This document shows positions 27,717-37,530 of a stretch of DNA of 64,000 nt, one piece after another (position 1 is the first letter of the stretch; each line of letters opens with the position of its first letter). Position numbers and translations under genes: made by a program. The notes under the pieces are model-generated. The model was not told the DNA's origin. It did no database searches and saw nothing but the letters and a program-made list of their open reading frames with translations. The stretch lies in the NCBI GenBank assembly GCA_963719085.1, contig CAVRAL010000004.1, positions 256,001 to 320,000 on the forward strand, given 5' to 3'. Origin of the DNA: a candidate division FCPU426 bacterium. Its GTDB lineage: Bacteria > Oederibacteriota > Muellerivitia > Muellerivitales > Muellerivitaceae.

Positions 27717-28343
27717 AACCAATACAAACAGCTCACGCAAAGACGCTAAGACGCCAAGGAAGCCTCAACCTCTTAGATAAATCGACAACAATCACCCATA
27801 AAAACTAGGCCTTCTTAGTAAAAACAATTCGTTGAATACCGTCTTTGATAACCGGAACATTGAAATTGATCAAAAGACCCAATTCGTGACTGGATAATTT
27901 CAAATATGTCCGCAATTGAGCCTGATGAACTTTTGTAATGATTTCCACGGCTTTCAACTCAACCACCACCCTATCCTCAACCAACAAATCCAGTCTCAAT
28001 CCTCCGTCCAGGGTCAGTCCTTCAAAGCTGATCGGCAATAATACCTGTTTATCCACTTTAAGACCGCGAAGCTTCAATTCGTGAATAAGGAACGATTCAT
28101 AAACACTCTCCAATAAGCCCGGTCCCAAGGTTGAGTGAAGTTTGAAGGCCGCGTCCACTACTTCGGAAGCAATCCGATTCGTTTCTGGATCTATTTCCAG
28201 TCTTGGATTTTTGTTTTCCTCACTCATGTCTACCTTCGCAGCTTTTCGTTAGATTTTGGCAGTTTTCGCTAAATCCTTCAAACAACAAAGCTTTTGCCTA
28301 CCTTGGCGGCTTAGCGTCTTTGCGTTGGCTTTTTGTGTTGGTT
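27717..28343. mobile_element. GxxExxY gene cassette bounded by 43-bp inverted repeats
   Basis: 27717-27759 vs reverse complement of 28301-28343 match at 38/43 by hand alignment; core (ACGCNAAG)x3. Confidence 0.7.
27805..28227 (-). CDS. GxxExxY protein (PD-(D/E)XK nuclease family)
   Basis: LGPGLLESVY, RLDLLVEDRVVVELKAV, AQLRTYLK, GLLINFN. Confidence 0.95.
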   Translation of the reverse strand: MSEENKNPRLEIDPETNRIASEVVDAAFKLHSTLGPGLLESVYESFLIHELKLRGLKVDKQVLLPISFEGLTLDGGLRLDLLVEDRVVVELKAVEIITKVHQAQLRTYLKLSSHELGLLINFNVPVIKDGIQRIVFTKKA

Positions 28344-28348
28344 GTCCT

Positions 28349-30739
28349 TTACTTCTTAAACTTAATCACCGTCACCCCGGCGCCGCCCTGGGACGGTTCG
28401 GCCATGGAAAACTCCACGTTCGGATGTTGGACGGGCAGGTGTTTGTGAATGGCTTCCTTCAAGGCGCCCGTCCCTTTCCCATGGATGATACGCACAAAAG
28501 GCAAGTCCACCAAGAGCGCGTCATCGATGAATTTATCAAGTATCAGCAAAGCCTGGTCCACCATTTTGCCCCGCAGATCCAGCTCCAACTGGCCCTTATT
28601 CTCACGGGCCGTTTGAAGCGCGTTCGGCTGGGATCGCACCGGTGGTTTTGCCGTCACAGGCCCCGCCAATCCCAAATCGGAATATTTGCAGGAAAGCTTC
28701 AGTCCCCCGTCCAAAAGGATGACCGCTTCTTGTTTCTCATCGTCCGCGTTCAGGACTTTGGCTTTGGAATTGCCGGGTTTAAAAAAGATCGCTTGGCCTT
28801 CTTTTAATTCCCGCACTTCCAGCAAACGCCTCTCGTTGATTTGGGGGATATTTTTAAGTTTGAGTCCCACTTCCCTTTGGGCTTGGCGCGCCTTGTCCCG
28901 GTTCAACTCGCCGGCAGGGGCCACGCCCTGGATGAGATGATCCATCTGGCGCCGGGTGTTTTTCACGATGCCTTCGGCCTCGATCTGGGCCTGCCGTTTG
29001 ACGCGCCGGGCCTCTTCCTTCATTTGGCGCCGGGCGGCTAAAAGTTCTTCCTCTATTTTCTTGGCCCGGTCCCGGGCCTTTTCAGCTTCCAGACGCGCTT
29101 CCTGCGCCTGTTGTTTCTCGGCCCCCAGTTTGGCCAGAAGCTCCGAAAGGTCGGCTTCGCCTTGGGGCAGGTGCGCCTTGGCTTTTTCCAAAACCACCGG
29201 ATCAAATCCCAATTGGGTGGCCAGGGTCAAGGCGTAAGATCTTCCCGGTACGCCCACCACCAGCTTAAAGGTGGGCTTGCCGGTGGCCTCGTCAAAAAGC
29301 ATGGCGGCGTTGGCCATTCCTTTTTCTTCCTGGGTTAAAAGTTTCAAAAGCGGTTGATGAGTATTGGCGAACACGAGCGATTGCCTCTCCCGGAAAGCCT
29401 CAAGACACGCGAGCCCCAAAGCGCCGCCCTCCCGAGGGTCGGTTCCCGAACCCAGTTCATCCAAAAGTAAAAGCGTTTCCCCATCGGCCCGGTCCAGCAT
29501 GCGTTTCAAGGCCGTCAGCTTGGCCGCGTAAGTGCTGAGGTGATCCTCAAGATTTTGGGCGTCGGTGAGGTCAGTGTCAAAATGGGACAACCAGGGAAAG
29601 GAGCTGTTGCTGGAGGCTAAAACCGGAAGCCCGGTCTGAGCCATCACGCAGGAAAGTCCCATGGTCTTCAGCGCCACGGTTTTTCCCCCGGCGTTGGGAC
29701 CGGATAAAAGAATGACCCGCACCTGGGTCTCAAATTCCAAATTCAGGGGGATAACCTTGTCCCTGTATTTTTCACCTGCTTCCAAAACCAGCAAAGGATG
29801 GCGGGCCTCGGTCAGCCGGAAGGCCGTTTCTTTTTGAGGCGCCAAAAATTGTCCGTCAAAGCGGGAGGCGAAAAGCGCCAAGGCCCCATGGGCATCAATC
29901 TCGGCGCAGGCCGCTAAGGTGATGGACAGTTCTTGTGCCACACCCTTCACCGCTTCCGTGCACTCCCGCAAGACCTTGCGGATTTCCTCGTCCTCTTGGA
30001 GCCGGGTTTCCCGGACCTGGTTGTTGCGCTCAACGATTTCCTGGGGCTCAATGAAAACCGTCGAGCCCGAGGCCGAAAGGCCGTGGATAAACCCGGGAAC
30101 CTGCGATTGATGGTCCCGCTTGACCGGCACGACCAGGCGGCCTTCCCGCTCGGTCACAATCTTTTCTTGAAGCGCGTCCGCGTGGTTCGCGGTCTGAAGA
30201 AACTGCCGGTAATAATCCTGGACTTCGGCTTGAAGGGATTTGAGCCGGTCCCGGACGCTTTTAAGCTGGGGGGAAGCGGAGTCAAAAACCCCGCCTTGGT
30301 CCGAGATTTTGCGGCCCAAAAACTCGCGCAAGGCCGGAAGCGGCTGTAAGCGCGAAAGCCAGTCAACGAAAGCCGAGGCTTGTTTTTCATCCATCGAAAG
30401 CGCCTTCCGCAGCTTCACCACCTGGGCCAGAAAACGGGCCAAGGCCGCCAGTTCCAAAGCCGAAAGCACTTTGCCCGAGACCCGGGAATCCTCAAAAGAA
30501 TCTTGAAATTCCTCCGCTCTCGGGATGGACGGGGCGGAATACCGGATCAGGTGTTTTTCGAGCTGTTCGGTTCGGGCTAAGCGGCCCCGTAAGGTCTTTT
30601 CATCCCCCAAGGGCCTCAATTGAAAAAGCACGTTCCGGCCGGCGGGAGTCTGGCAATCCTTCGCCAAGCTCTCGAGCAGTCTGGGAAATTCCACGGCTTT
30701 TAAAAAGTTCTCAAGGCTCACGTCGTTCATAAAATCCAT
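28349..30739 (-). CDS. mutS2: MutS2 with Smr domain
   Basis: SGPNAGGKT, LLDELGSGTDP, C-terminal LDLRG...IIHGKGTG Smr. Confidence 0.95.
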   Translation of the reverse strand: MDFMNDVSLENFLKAVEFPRLLESLAKDCQTPAGRNVLFQLRPLGDEKTLRGRLARTEQLEKHLIRYSAPSIPRAEEFQDSFEDSRVSGKVLSALELAALARFLAQVVKLRKALSMDEKQASAFVDWLSRLQPLPALREFLGRKISDQGGVFDSASPQLKSVRDRLKSLQAEVQDYYRQFLQTANHADALQEKIVTEREGRLVVPVKRDHQSQVPGFIHGLSASGSTVFIEPQEIVERNNQVRETRLQEDEEIRKVLRECTEAVKGVAQELSITLAACAEIDAHGALALFASRFDGQFLAPQKETAFRLTEARHPLLVLEAGEKYRDKVIPLNLEFETQVRVILLSGPNAGGKTVALKTMGLSCVMAQTGLPVLASSNSSFPWLSHFDTDLTDAQNLEDHLSTYAAKLTALKRMLDRADGETLLLLDELGSGTDPREGGALGLACLEAFRERQSLVFANTHQPLLKLLTQEEKGMANAAMLFDEATGKPTFKLVVGVPGRSYALTLATQLGFDPVVLEKAKAHLPQGEADLSELLAKLGAEKQQAQEARLEAEKARDRAKKIEEELLAARRQMKEEARRVKRQAQIEAEGIVKNTRRQMDHLIQGVAPAGELNRDKARQAQREVGLKLKNIPQINERRLLEVRELKEGQAIFFKPGNSKAKVLNADDEKQEAVILLDGGLKLSCKYSDLGLAGPVTAKPPVRSQPNALQTARENKGQLELDLRGKMVDQALLILDKFIDDALLVDLPFVRIIHGKGTGALKEAIHKHLPVQHPNVEFSMAEPSQGGAGVTVIKFKK

Positions 30740-30795
30740 TCATCACTAGTTCCCGCTCCCTTGATGGGAGAGGGTTCAAAAAAATAAAGCCACAA

Positions 30796-31428
30796 TCAAC
30801 GAATTCCAAGGGCTTTTTTTCTTCCCGGCGAGGGGCGGTCTTTACCCGGCCCTACCGAAAGATAGGGACTTCCCTTTAAATAAAACCGAAGCGGCAATCC
30901 CCAACCCTCCGTAATGCCGATGCGGGTGGTTACCCCCACTTCCCTCGGACGGCTGGAGGCGGCGCGGATGTAAAGGGGCTTGGCGGTTACTTTTTGCCGG
31001 TTTTGCGCCGGACCCAGGTCCAGCGCTTGCGTCAATTTACCCGGCCCATTGGTTAAAGTCTTTTTAGGTTCCTGTCCTTTTTTTCTTCGGCGCGCCATCA
31101 GGTCCAAGCCTTCCACCGGTTCCAACGCCCGGATCAAAACCGCCCCCGGCAGTCCCGGCTTTTCCGTGACCACGTTGAAAAGAAAATGGTTTCCGTAGCA
31201 AAAATAAACATAAGCGAAACCCGCGGGGCCGAACATGATGGCGTTGCGGGGCGTTTGGCCCCGGGCCGCGTGGGAACCCGGGTCATTTTGGGGAAGGTAG
31301 GCTTCCACTTCCACAATCCGGCCTGAGGCAACGCCCCGAGGCGTCTCATGAACAAGGATTTGCCCGATCAAATCACGGGCGACCCGGGTGGTCGGACGGG
31401 AATAAAAGGCGGAAGGAAGGATCATCAC
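30796..31428 (-). CDS. DNA-3-methyladenine glycosylase (MPG/AAG family)
   Basis: IVEVEAY, AYVYFCYG, AVLIRALEP, NGPGKL, RIGI. Confidence 0.93.
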   Translation of the reverse strand: MMILPSAFYSRPTTRVARDLIGQILVHETPRGVASGRIVEVEAYLPQNDPGSHAARGQTPRNAIMFGPAGFAYVYFCYGNHFLFNVVTEKPGLPGAVLIRALEPVEGLDLMARRRKKGQEPKKTLTNGPGKLTQALDLGPAQNRQKVTAKPLYIRAASSRPREVGVTTRIGITEGWGLPLRFYLKGSPYLSVGPGKDRPSPGRKKALGIR

Positions 31429-31497
31429 ATCACCGAATAAAGTGTGAGGTTGGAAGTCCGAAGTTAGAAGTTAATTCAACCGCTCCAAACTTCAAAC

Positions 31498-31950
31498 TCA
31501 CCCGAGTTTCGCCTTGACCACTGAAGAAAGCTTTCCCATGTCGGTCTTGCCCTTGACCTTAGGCGTCAGCCAACCCATGACCTTTCCCATTTCTTTCGGA
31601 CCGGCGGCGCCGGTGGCCTTCACGGCCTCTTCCACGAGTTTGGAAAGTTCCTCGTCGCTTAAACCCGCGGGTAAGAATTTTTCGATCAAGGCCAATTCGG
31701 CCTTTTCGCTGGCGGCGCTTTCGGGGCGGCCGCCCTTTTCAAAACCCTCGATGGATTCCCGGCGTTGTTTGGCCTGCTTGGTCAAAACGTCGATGACGTC
31801 CTCGTCCGTGATCTCGCGCTTCAAATCCACTTCTTTATATTTGATGGCGGACTTCAACATGCGAAGGGCCGACAGGGCCGCCTCGTCTTTCGCCTTCATG
31901 GCGGTGATGATATCGGCGTTGATTCGGTCGAATAGGGGGGATGCGCTCAT
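31498..31950 (-). CDS. GatB/YqeY domain protein
   Basis: AMKAKD...KQRRESI...MGKVMG pattern; downstream of rpsU. Confidence 0.92.
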   Translation of the reverse strand: MSASPLFDRINADIITAMKAKDEAALSALRMLKSAIKYKEVDLKREITDEDVIDVLTKQAKQRRESIEGFEKGGRPESAASEKAELALIEKFLPAGLSDEELSKLVEEAVKATGAAGPKEMGKVMGWLTPKVKGKTDMGKLSSVVKAKLG

Positions 31951-31975
31951 GGTGCCTCCAGGGCTCATAAAAAAA

Positions 31976-32002
31976 AGCCCGTCCCCCTGAAGGGAACGGG
32001 CT
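31976..32002 (-). terminator. Terminator after rpsU
   Basis: AGCCCGTTCCC hairpin followed by a T-run on the minus strand. Confidence 0.7.
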
Positions 32003-32020
32003 CCACAAAAAATTTAAGAC

Positions 32021-32221
32021 TTAGTCGCGGCTGAACTTCATTTGGCGGCGGCGCGCCTTTTTGCGGGCGGCGGCTTCGCGCTTTTTACGGCGCTCGCTGG
32101 GCTTCTCGTAAAACTCACGCTTCTTCATTTCCGAGATTAATCCCGAGTTCTGCACGACCTTTTTGAAACGCTTGAGGGCGTTTTCAATGGGTTCGTTTTC
32201 TTCCAATCGTACTTCGACCAC
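32021..32221 (-). CDS. rpsU: 30S ribosomal protein S21
   Basis: ENALKRFKK...KREFYEKPSERRK; GTG start at 32221 behind a GAGGGGAG RBS. Confidence 0.95.
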   Translation of the reverse strand: MVEVRLEENEPIENALKRFKKVVQNSGLISEMKKREFYEKPSERRKKREAAARKKARRRQMKFSRD

Positions 32222-32480
32222 GTGGTCACTCTCCCCTCTATGGGTGGAATAGGAACCGACCAGGCCCAAAGGCCTATCGGGGAAGGGGAGTTTAAACCTT
32301 TCGATAGGGCGAGTCAAGCAATGGAAAAAAGGCTTATTTGCACCAGATTTTCATCGTTTAGGGCTTTTCCCACCGCTGGGGGACAAAAGCCAAAAGCATG
32401 CTTCGGCTGGGATGTGCGTAGGCAGAAACCAACACCACTCCCTATTGGCCAACCGGAGGCTGGTGTTTAATGACTGGAAT

Positions 32481-32825
32481 TTAACCCGGCGGCCAACCCA
32501 TCGGACGTCCGCCCAAAAGATGCAGATGCAGGTGGGAAATGGTCTGGCCGCCGTTGTGCCCGTTGTTAAAAACAAGCCGGAAGCCGTCTTGGGCGATGCC
32601 CAACTGAGCGGCGACCTTCACCGCCCGCTCGGTCAGGATGGAAACAATGGGGTCCCCCGAGGGGATGGCCGAAACGGAATCGATGTGCTTTTTAGGAATG
32701 ACGAGCGCGTGAACCGGCGCCTGGGGATGGATATCGTGAAGAACCATGACCTCATTGTCTTCGTAGGCCAGGTTGGGTGTTATTTCTTTACGGGCGAATT
32801 TGCAAAAAAGGCAGTCGGTTTCCAT
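32481..32825 (-). CDS. hinT: Histidine triad nucleotide-binding protein
   Basis: DCLFCK, PQAPVHALVIPKKH, HLHLHLLGGR. Confidence 0.93.
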   Translation of the reverse strand: METDCLFCKFARKEITPNLAYEDNEVMVLHDIHPQAPVHALVIPKKHIDSVSAIPSGDPIVSILTERAVKVAAQLGIAQDGFRLVFNNGHNGGQTISHLHLHLLGGRPMGWPPG

Positions 32826-32896
32826 GGTGTCCCTCCTCCAAACTTTCGACTCGTTAACCTTATCTACTATACACCCGGCATCAACCCTAAAAATTA

Positions 32897-33054
32897 AACC
32901 AACAAAAAAAGCTCACGCAAAGACGCTAAGACGCCAAGAAGGGCGAAAATAGGCTGAAGTTTCCGCTGGAATAATTTGGTTACCTTGGCGTCTCAAGCCG
33001 CATTAAACTTAAATAAAATAAACGGGTCCCTTTAGGGATTGCGTGAGCGGTTGG
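32897..33054. repeat. Gene-less derivative of the GxxExxY inverted-repeat element
   Basis: 32910-32938 identical to 27730-27758; split inverted copy CCTTGGCGTCT...TTGCGTGAGC at 32983-33048. Confidence 0.8.
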
Positions 33055-33062
33055 CTTTGGTT

Positions 33063-33689
33063 CTAGTCATTAAATATGTAAGCCGTGATGTCTCCCGGCA
33101 GATACCCCGAAACCATCTTGTAGTTTCCATCCGACCAGGTCTTCACCCGCCGTTCCAGATCCTTGGGATTGGCGTAGAAAAGCTCCGGGTCCCATTCGCC
33201 TTGTTCCGAGGACAGTAGATTGAACGCCAGTCCCTTGCGGGCTAAAGCTTTCGCGCTCCTGACCATCTGCTCCATCCAAGCCCAGTTATCCCGGACCCGG
33301 TGGTTAAAAATCCCGCTGATCAGCACATAGTCCCATTGCTCCCGCGGAGGGGCGGCCAAAATATCCCGGGCCTCGAAACGCGCCTCAGGAAACCGGGCCT
33401 TGGCTTCCCGGGCCATGGCTTTTAAAAGATCAAAGCCCGTATAGTCTCCGCGCCAATTTCTTTCTTGAAGATAACCGTAAAGACAGCCTAGCCCCGAACC
33501 CAGGTCCAGGATTTTTTGGTCTTGAAGGTCGGCGATTTGGGTCAGGGCCTCGAAACGGCTTTCCTGGTTATGACGGGACTGCCAACCCACTCTTTTTTCC
33601 GGAAGGTCATAACGCCTCAGCTTAATGGCGTAAAAGAGCCAAAAATAAAGCCGGTCATAAAGGCTGAAAGGTGACTTTTGAAAGATCAT
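33063..33689 (-). CDS. Class I SAM-dependent methyltransferase
   Basis: ILDLGSGLG, YTGFD, DYVLISGIFN. Confidence 0.85.
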   Translation of the reverse strand: MIFQKSPFSLYDRLYFWLFYAIKLRRYDLPEKRVGWQSRHNQESRFEALTQIADLQDQKILDLGSGLGCLYGYLQERNWRGDYTGFDLLKAMAREAKARFPEARFEARDILAAPPREQWDYVLISGIFNHRVRDNWAWMEQMVRSAKALARKGLAFNLLSSEQGEWDPELFYANPKDLERRVKTWSDGNYKMVSGYLPGDITAYIFND

Positions 33690-33702
33690 TCCACTCCCTC
33701 AT

Positions 33703-35058
33703 CTAAAAAAGAGCGGTCAATTGGGCGCCTAAAATGATTCCGCTCAAATCCAGGGACAGGGGCTGGGATCCCGCCGGGGGCGTTGTGCCGTCGGGCACAA
33801 AATTGATCGAGGTGGTCGAGCCGCTTCGCTGGGTTTCCAATTGGCCCGAAACGCTGTTGGCCGAGCCCTTGAACCCGTTCAGGTCCGCCAATTGGTACCC
33901 GACAAAAAAGCCCACCAAAGAATTGGGCAGGGGTTTCCATTCCACCCCCAGCTTAAAAAGCGACCCAAAACCGGTGGTGGAAAAATTACCGTTGGCCGGG
34001 ATGAATCCCCAGGGGGTGGAAGTATCCGAATTCACGACCGACAGGCTGGCGAAATAAACATCGGGGTCGGCTTCCACGAAAAGCCTTATCCGGCCCCGGT
34101 CGAATTTGAGGAACCGGGCCTTCAAACTAATTCCCATGTCCCAAATATCGTAATTGATGGTTCCGTTTTCCTGCGGGCTGGTATTGACCGTGGCCGCTGA
34201 AAATCCTCCCAAGAACACACCCCCAAAATTAAGGCCCGCCTCAATTCCATCGGTCACCTCGAGGAACGGATTTACGTCCGCCGCCAAGGCCACCGCGGGG
34301 GCGTTGGCCGAAAGGGAAAACTGGGTCTTCAAACTTTTGGCGTAATCGGAAAAATCCTTAAGCCCGGCGAGCTGGATATCCGTTCCCAGCCGGATGCCCA
34401 CGCCCGTATAGCGGAAAGGCGGCGGGAAAGGCGGATCCGTGTTCAGTTCCTCCTCGACCCAGGCCTGGTCTTCGGGGATCAACCGGTTTTTAATTTGGTC
34501 GGCGGTCGCTTGAACCCGGGCGTCTTTTTTCTTTTTGGCGTAATAAGCGAAGTTAAGCGCCGCGTAAGCCCGGTCCCCGATCAAATACTCGCTATAGGCC
34601 TGGTAATAAAAAGCGGGCAGGTTTTCCGGATCATCCGCCACGGCTTCTTGAAAAGCCTGGCTGGCGTCCTTGTAACGCTTCTCACTGAAGGCGATCCGGC
34701 CCTGGTCAAAGGGGCCGCCCTTGGAATCCAGCTCGAACCGTAATTTCTCCACGAACTGGGCCAGCGGCGGGTTGTTGGGATAAATTTTGAGCGACAGCCG
34801 GTAATCTTCCATGGCTTTGCTCTTATGTCCCCGGGCGTATTCGCAATTGCCCATGCCGGCGAAGGCCCGGTAGGGGTTGGGATCCAGGTTGGCGGCGCCT
34901 TGGTAGGCGTCAAAAGCGTGGTCGTAATCCTTTTGGGAATAAAACGAGGCGGCTTCCTTGTAATAATCGTCGGCGGTTTCAGCGAAAGCGGCCTGAAGCC
35001 CGCAAACGAATAAAAACAAAACGAGCGCCAATCGTTGGAACATCCCCGCGGGCCTCAA
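33703..35058 (-). CDS. Exported TPR protein with C-terminal outer-membrane beta-barrel-like domain
   Basis: Signal peptide, TPR repeats, amphipathic strands, terminal Phe (LTALF). Confidence 0.75.
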   Translation of the reverse strand: MRPAGMFQRLALVLFLFVCGLQAAFAETADDYYKEAASFYSQKDYDHAFDAYQGAANLDPNPYRAFAGMGNCEYARGHKSKAMEDYRLSLKIYPNNPPLAQFVEKLRFELDSKGGPFDQGRIAFSEKRYKDASQAFQEAVADDPENLPAFYYQAYSEYLIGDRAYAALNFAYYAKKKKDARVQATADQIKNRLIPEDQAWVEEELNTDPPFPPPFRYTGVGIRLGTDIQLAGLKDFSDYAKSLKTQFSLSANAPAVALAADVNPFLEVTDGIEAGLNFGGVFLGGFSAATVNTSPQENGTINYDIWDMGISLKARFLKFDRGRIRLFVEADPDVYFASLSVVNSDTSTPWGFIPANGNFSTTGFGSLFKLGVEWKPLPNSLVGFFVGYQLADLNGFKGSANSVSGQLETQRSGSTTSINFVPDGTTPPAGSQPLSLDLSGIILGAQLTALF

Positions 35059-36377
35059 GCGGTTTGAACGGAGCCCAAGGCCCGTCCCCCCTGAAAAGAA
35101 TCCACTTGAACGAGCGCTTCCCGGCCCAATTGGCCTTCGGCCCGGGGAAACAGCACGCGCAGGCCCTGGTCGGTTAACCCGGCGGAATGCGTGTGACTGT
35201 TTTTTTCCACCACCATGCTAAAGATTTGGCCCTTAGCCTTTTCCACCGCGGCTTGGATACAGCCGGATTTTAAGGACAGCAGGGCCTTCATTCTTTCACG
35301 CAAAACCGCCGGATGGACCTTGGGCTCCAGCGCTTCCCCGGGGGTTCCCGCCCGGTCCGAATAGGGAAAGGGATGAAAATCGACGAAACCAAATTCCCGG
35401 ATCCGGTCCAAGGTATTTTGAAAAGCCGCGTCCGTCTCGCCCGGAAAACCCGCCAGAATGTCGCCGGTCAATCCCACCCGGGGCGCCGCTTGCCGGACCT
35501 TTTCAACCGTACGCGCGTAAGCTTCCAGCGAATAGGGCCGGCGCATGGCCTTGAGTGTTTCCGGATCCCCGCTTTGAAGCGGCAGATGCAGGTGCGGGCA
35601 AAGACCCGAATCGGCTTTCCACAAGGGCAAAAGGGCGTCCTCGAAATCGGCCACGGCGTAAGACGAAAGCCGGACCCGTTTGATCCCCGGAATTTTCAAA
35701 AGTTTTTCAATGACCGGCGCCAACCGGGGTTCGGCGGCTTTTCGGCCAAGGTCGCGGCCATAGGAAGACAACTGGATCCCCGCCAAGACCAACTCCCGGA
35801 CGCCGTTTTCGGCCAACCGGGCCGCCTCCAAAAGAATATCCACCTCCGGTCTGGAAATCATTTCCCCGCGCACCCGTGGAATGAGGCAGAAGGAACAGCC
35901 GAAATTACAGCCATCCTGAACCTTGATCGTGGCGCGTTGATGGCCGTCAAAACGGGAAATGCCCGATCCCCAAGGCGAGGCGGGCTGCGGCAAGACGGCG
36001 CCCGCGCGGGCAAAACGCGGCGCTTGATGGATGATTTTCTCGAGCATTTGGGTTTTGTCCCGATTGCCCACCACCAGGTCCACGCCCGGCAGGGCTTTGA
36101 CTTCGTCCGGGCGGTCTTGGGCCAAACACCCGGTCACCACCACGAAAGAATCGGGGTTTTCAGCCTTGGCCCGGCGCACCAGCTGCTTGCCCTCGGCGTC
36201 CGCGGCGGAGGTCACCGTGCAGGTGTTGATGACGTAAATGTCCGCGCCGGCGCCAAAAGGCACCAGCTCAAAGGCCGCCCGCTCCATTTGCTCGCGCAAA
36301 ACCTGGGTGTCATATTGGTTGACCCGGCATCCCAGCGTGGTGAAGGCCACTTTGGTTTTAGTTTTCGTTGATTCCAC
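35055..36377 (-). CDS. mtaB: tRNA methylthiotransferase MtaB
   Basis: TLGCRVNQYD, INTCTVT, VTGC, CNFGCSFC radical-SAM motif; GTG start at 36377. Confidence 0.9.
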   Translation of the reverse strand: MESTKTKTKVAFTTLGCRVNQYDTQVLREQMERAAFELVPFGAGADIYVINTCTVTSAADAEGKQLVRRAKAENPDSFVVVTGCLAQDRPDEVKALPGVDLVVGNRDKTQMLEKIIHQAPRFARAGAVLPQPASPWGSGISRFDGHQRATIKVQDGCNFGCSFCLIPRVRGEMISRPEVDILLEAARLAENGVRELVLAGIQLSSYGRDLGRKAAEPRLAPVIEKLLKIPGIKRVRLSSYAVADFEDALLPLWKADSGLCPHLHLPLQSGDPETLKAMRRPYSLEAYARTVEKVRQAAPRVGLTGDILAGFPGETDAAFQNTLDRIREFGFVDFHPFPYSDRAGTPGEALEPKVHPAVLRERMKALLSLKSGCIQAAVEKAKGQIFSMVVEKNSHTHSAGLTDQGLRVLFPRAEGQLGREALVQVDSFQGGRALGSVQTA

Positions 36378-36402
36378 GGTTTTCCTCGAGCTGATTCTAC
36401 CC

Positions 36403-37530
36403 TTAATTGGCCCCCTGGGGGGCGGAGGCTTGATCCAAGTGAATCGGCACGTCAAAAGGCACGGTGGCCAAGAGCCTCAGTGAGTTGGCCCATGAACCGT
36501 CGATCCAGTGGGACCTAAACTCAAAATCAAAACGCGCGTCCCCCTCGATGGCCACGTTTCGCCGGACTCCCAATTCCTCGTAAGAACGCGAGGACCGGTA
36601 GTAGACGCCGTCGGTCCCCACCGAGTCATAATTGGAATCGCCTTCCTTTGAATAATAGTCCCGTCCCATCCAATAGATACCAAAAAATTCCCAAGCGTTG
36701 TCAGGCGAAAAGGATCCTTTCACGTAAAGACCATAGCCCTGCGCGGGGCCCGGATAACCGGTGAGATCGGTGGTTTTGCTGGTCAAACCGTAGATTTCGA
36801 GGAAATTTTTACCCCAGGTTTCGGGATCGGCTTGGAGTTTAATCCCCAAACCCGCCGCCAGGTTGTTCCAAACCGGAACATTAAATTGAGCGCCGCCCGA
36901 ATGGTACCCATGCAATTGCCCTTCCAAAGCCAGGTCGCCCGAAATCGGGAGGATGGCCGATCCGCCATAATCAAAAAGCTCGCTTTGGCCCGGAGCCAAT
37001 AGTTGCTGCCAATCCAGAAAACTGTCCAAGCGGATAAAATCATCCTTTTGAATCCACTGAAAACCGTACTCGATGGGCCGGGTCAACTCCAGCGTGGTGA
37101 CTTCCATGGGCTCAATCAAACCATGGCGGTTGACCGTCTCCAAGGTACCCAGGATGCCTTCCGAAGTGCCCGTGTGGTAGACGAAAGACAAGATCGGCAA
37201 TACGGGAAAGCCCGTCTGTTGGGCCGCGCGGTGGTCGGCGAAAAGCCCCGCCCAAAAAGCCGTGTCGGCGCCCGCGTCCACCTTTAGGAAGGTTTTAAAC
37301 TGCTGGCCCAAAATGGTTTCCCGGATCCGGTAGGGCTCAAAAAATTCCGTGTTGTCGCCGTAAAAAGTAAAGTCCGTGTGCCAGGTGATGTTTTGAGACG
37401 CAGGCGCGGTCCCCAGAGGGGACGAAGTTCCCGCGGGCGGGACCGCCTGCGCGATCGCGAATCCAGGTCCGTTTAAAGTCAAAAGCGATAGGAGCCACCC
37501 GGCGGTCCATTTTAAAATTCTAAAGCGCAT
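36403..37530 (-). CDS. Putative outer-membrane beta-barrel protein
   Basis: Signal peptide, aromatic amphipathic strands; paralog of 37520..38650. Confidence 0.7.
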   Translation of the reverse strand: MRFRILKWTAGWLLSLLTLNGPGFAIAQAVPPAGTSSPLGTAPASQNITWHTDFTFYGDNTEFFEPYRIRETILGQQFKTFLKVDAGADTAFWAGLFADHRAAQQTGFPVLPILSFVYHTGTSEGILGTLETVNRHGLIEPMEVTTLELTRPIEYGFQWIQKDDFIRLDSFLDWQQLLAPGQSELFDYGGSAILPISGDLALEGQLHGYHSGGAQFNVPVWNNLAAGLGIKLQADPETWGKNFLEIYGLTSKTTDLTGYPGPAQGYGLYVKGSFSPDNAWEFFGIYWMGRDYYSKEGDSNYDSVGTDGVYYRSSRSYEELGVRRNVAIEGDARFDFEFRSHWIDGSWANSLRLLATVPFDVPIHLDQASAPQGAN

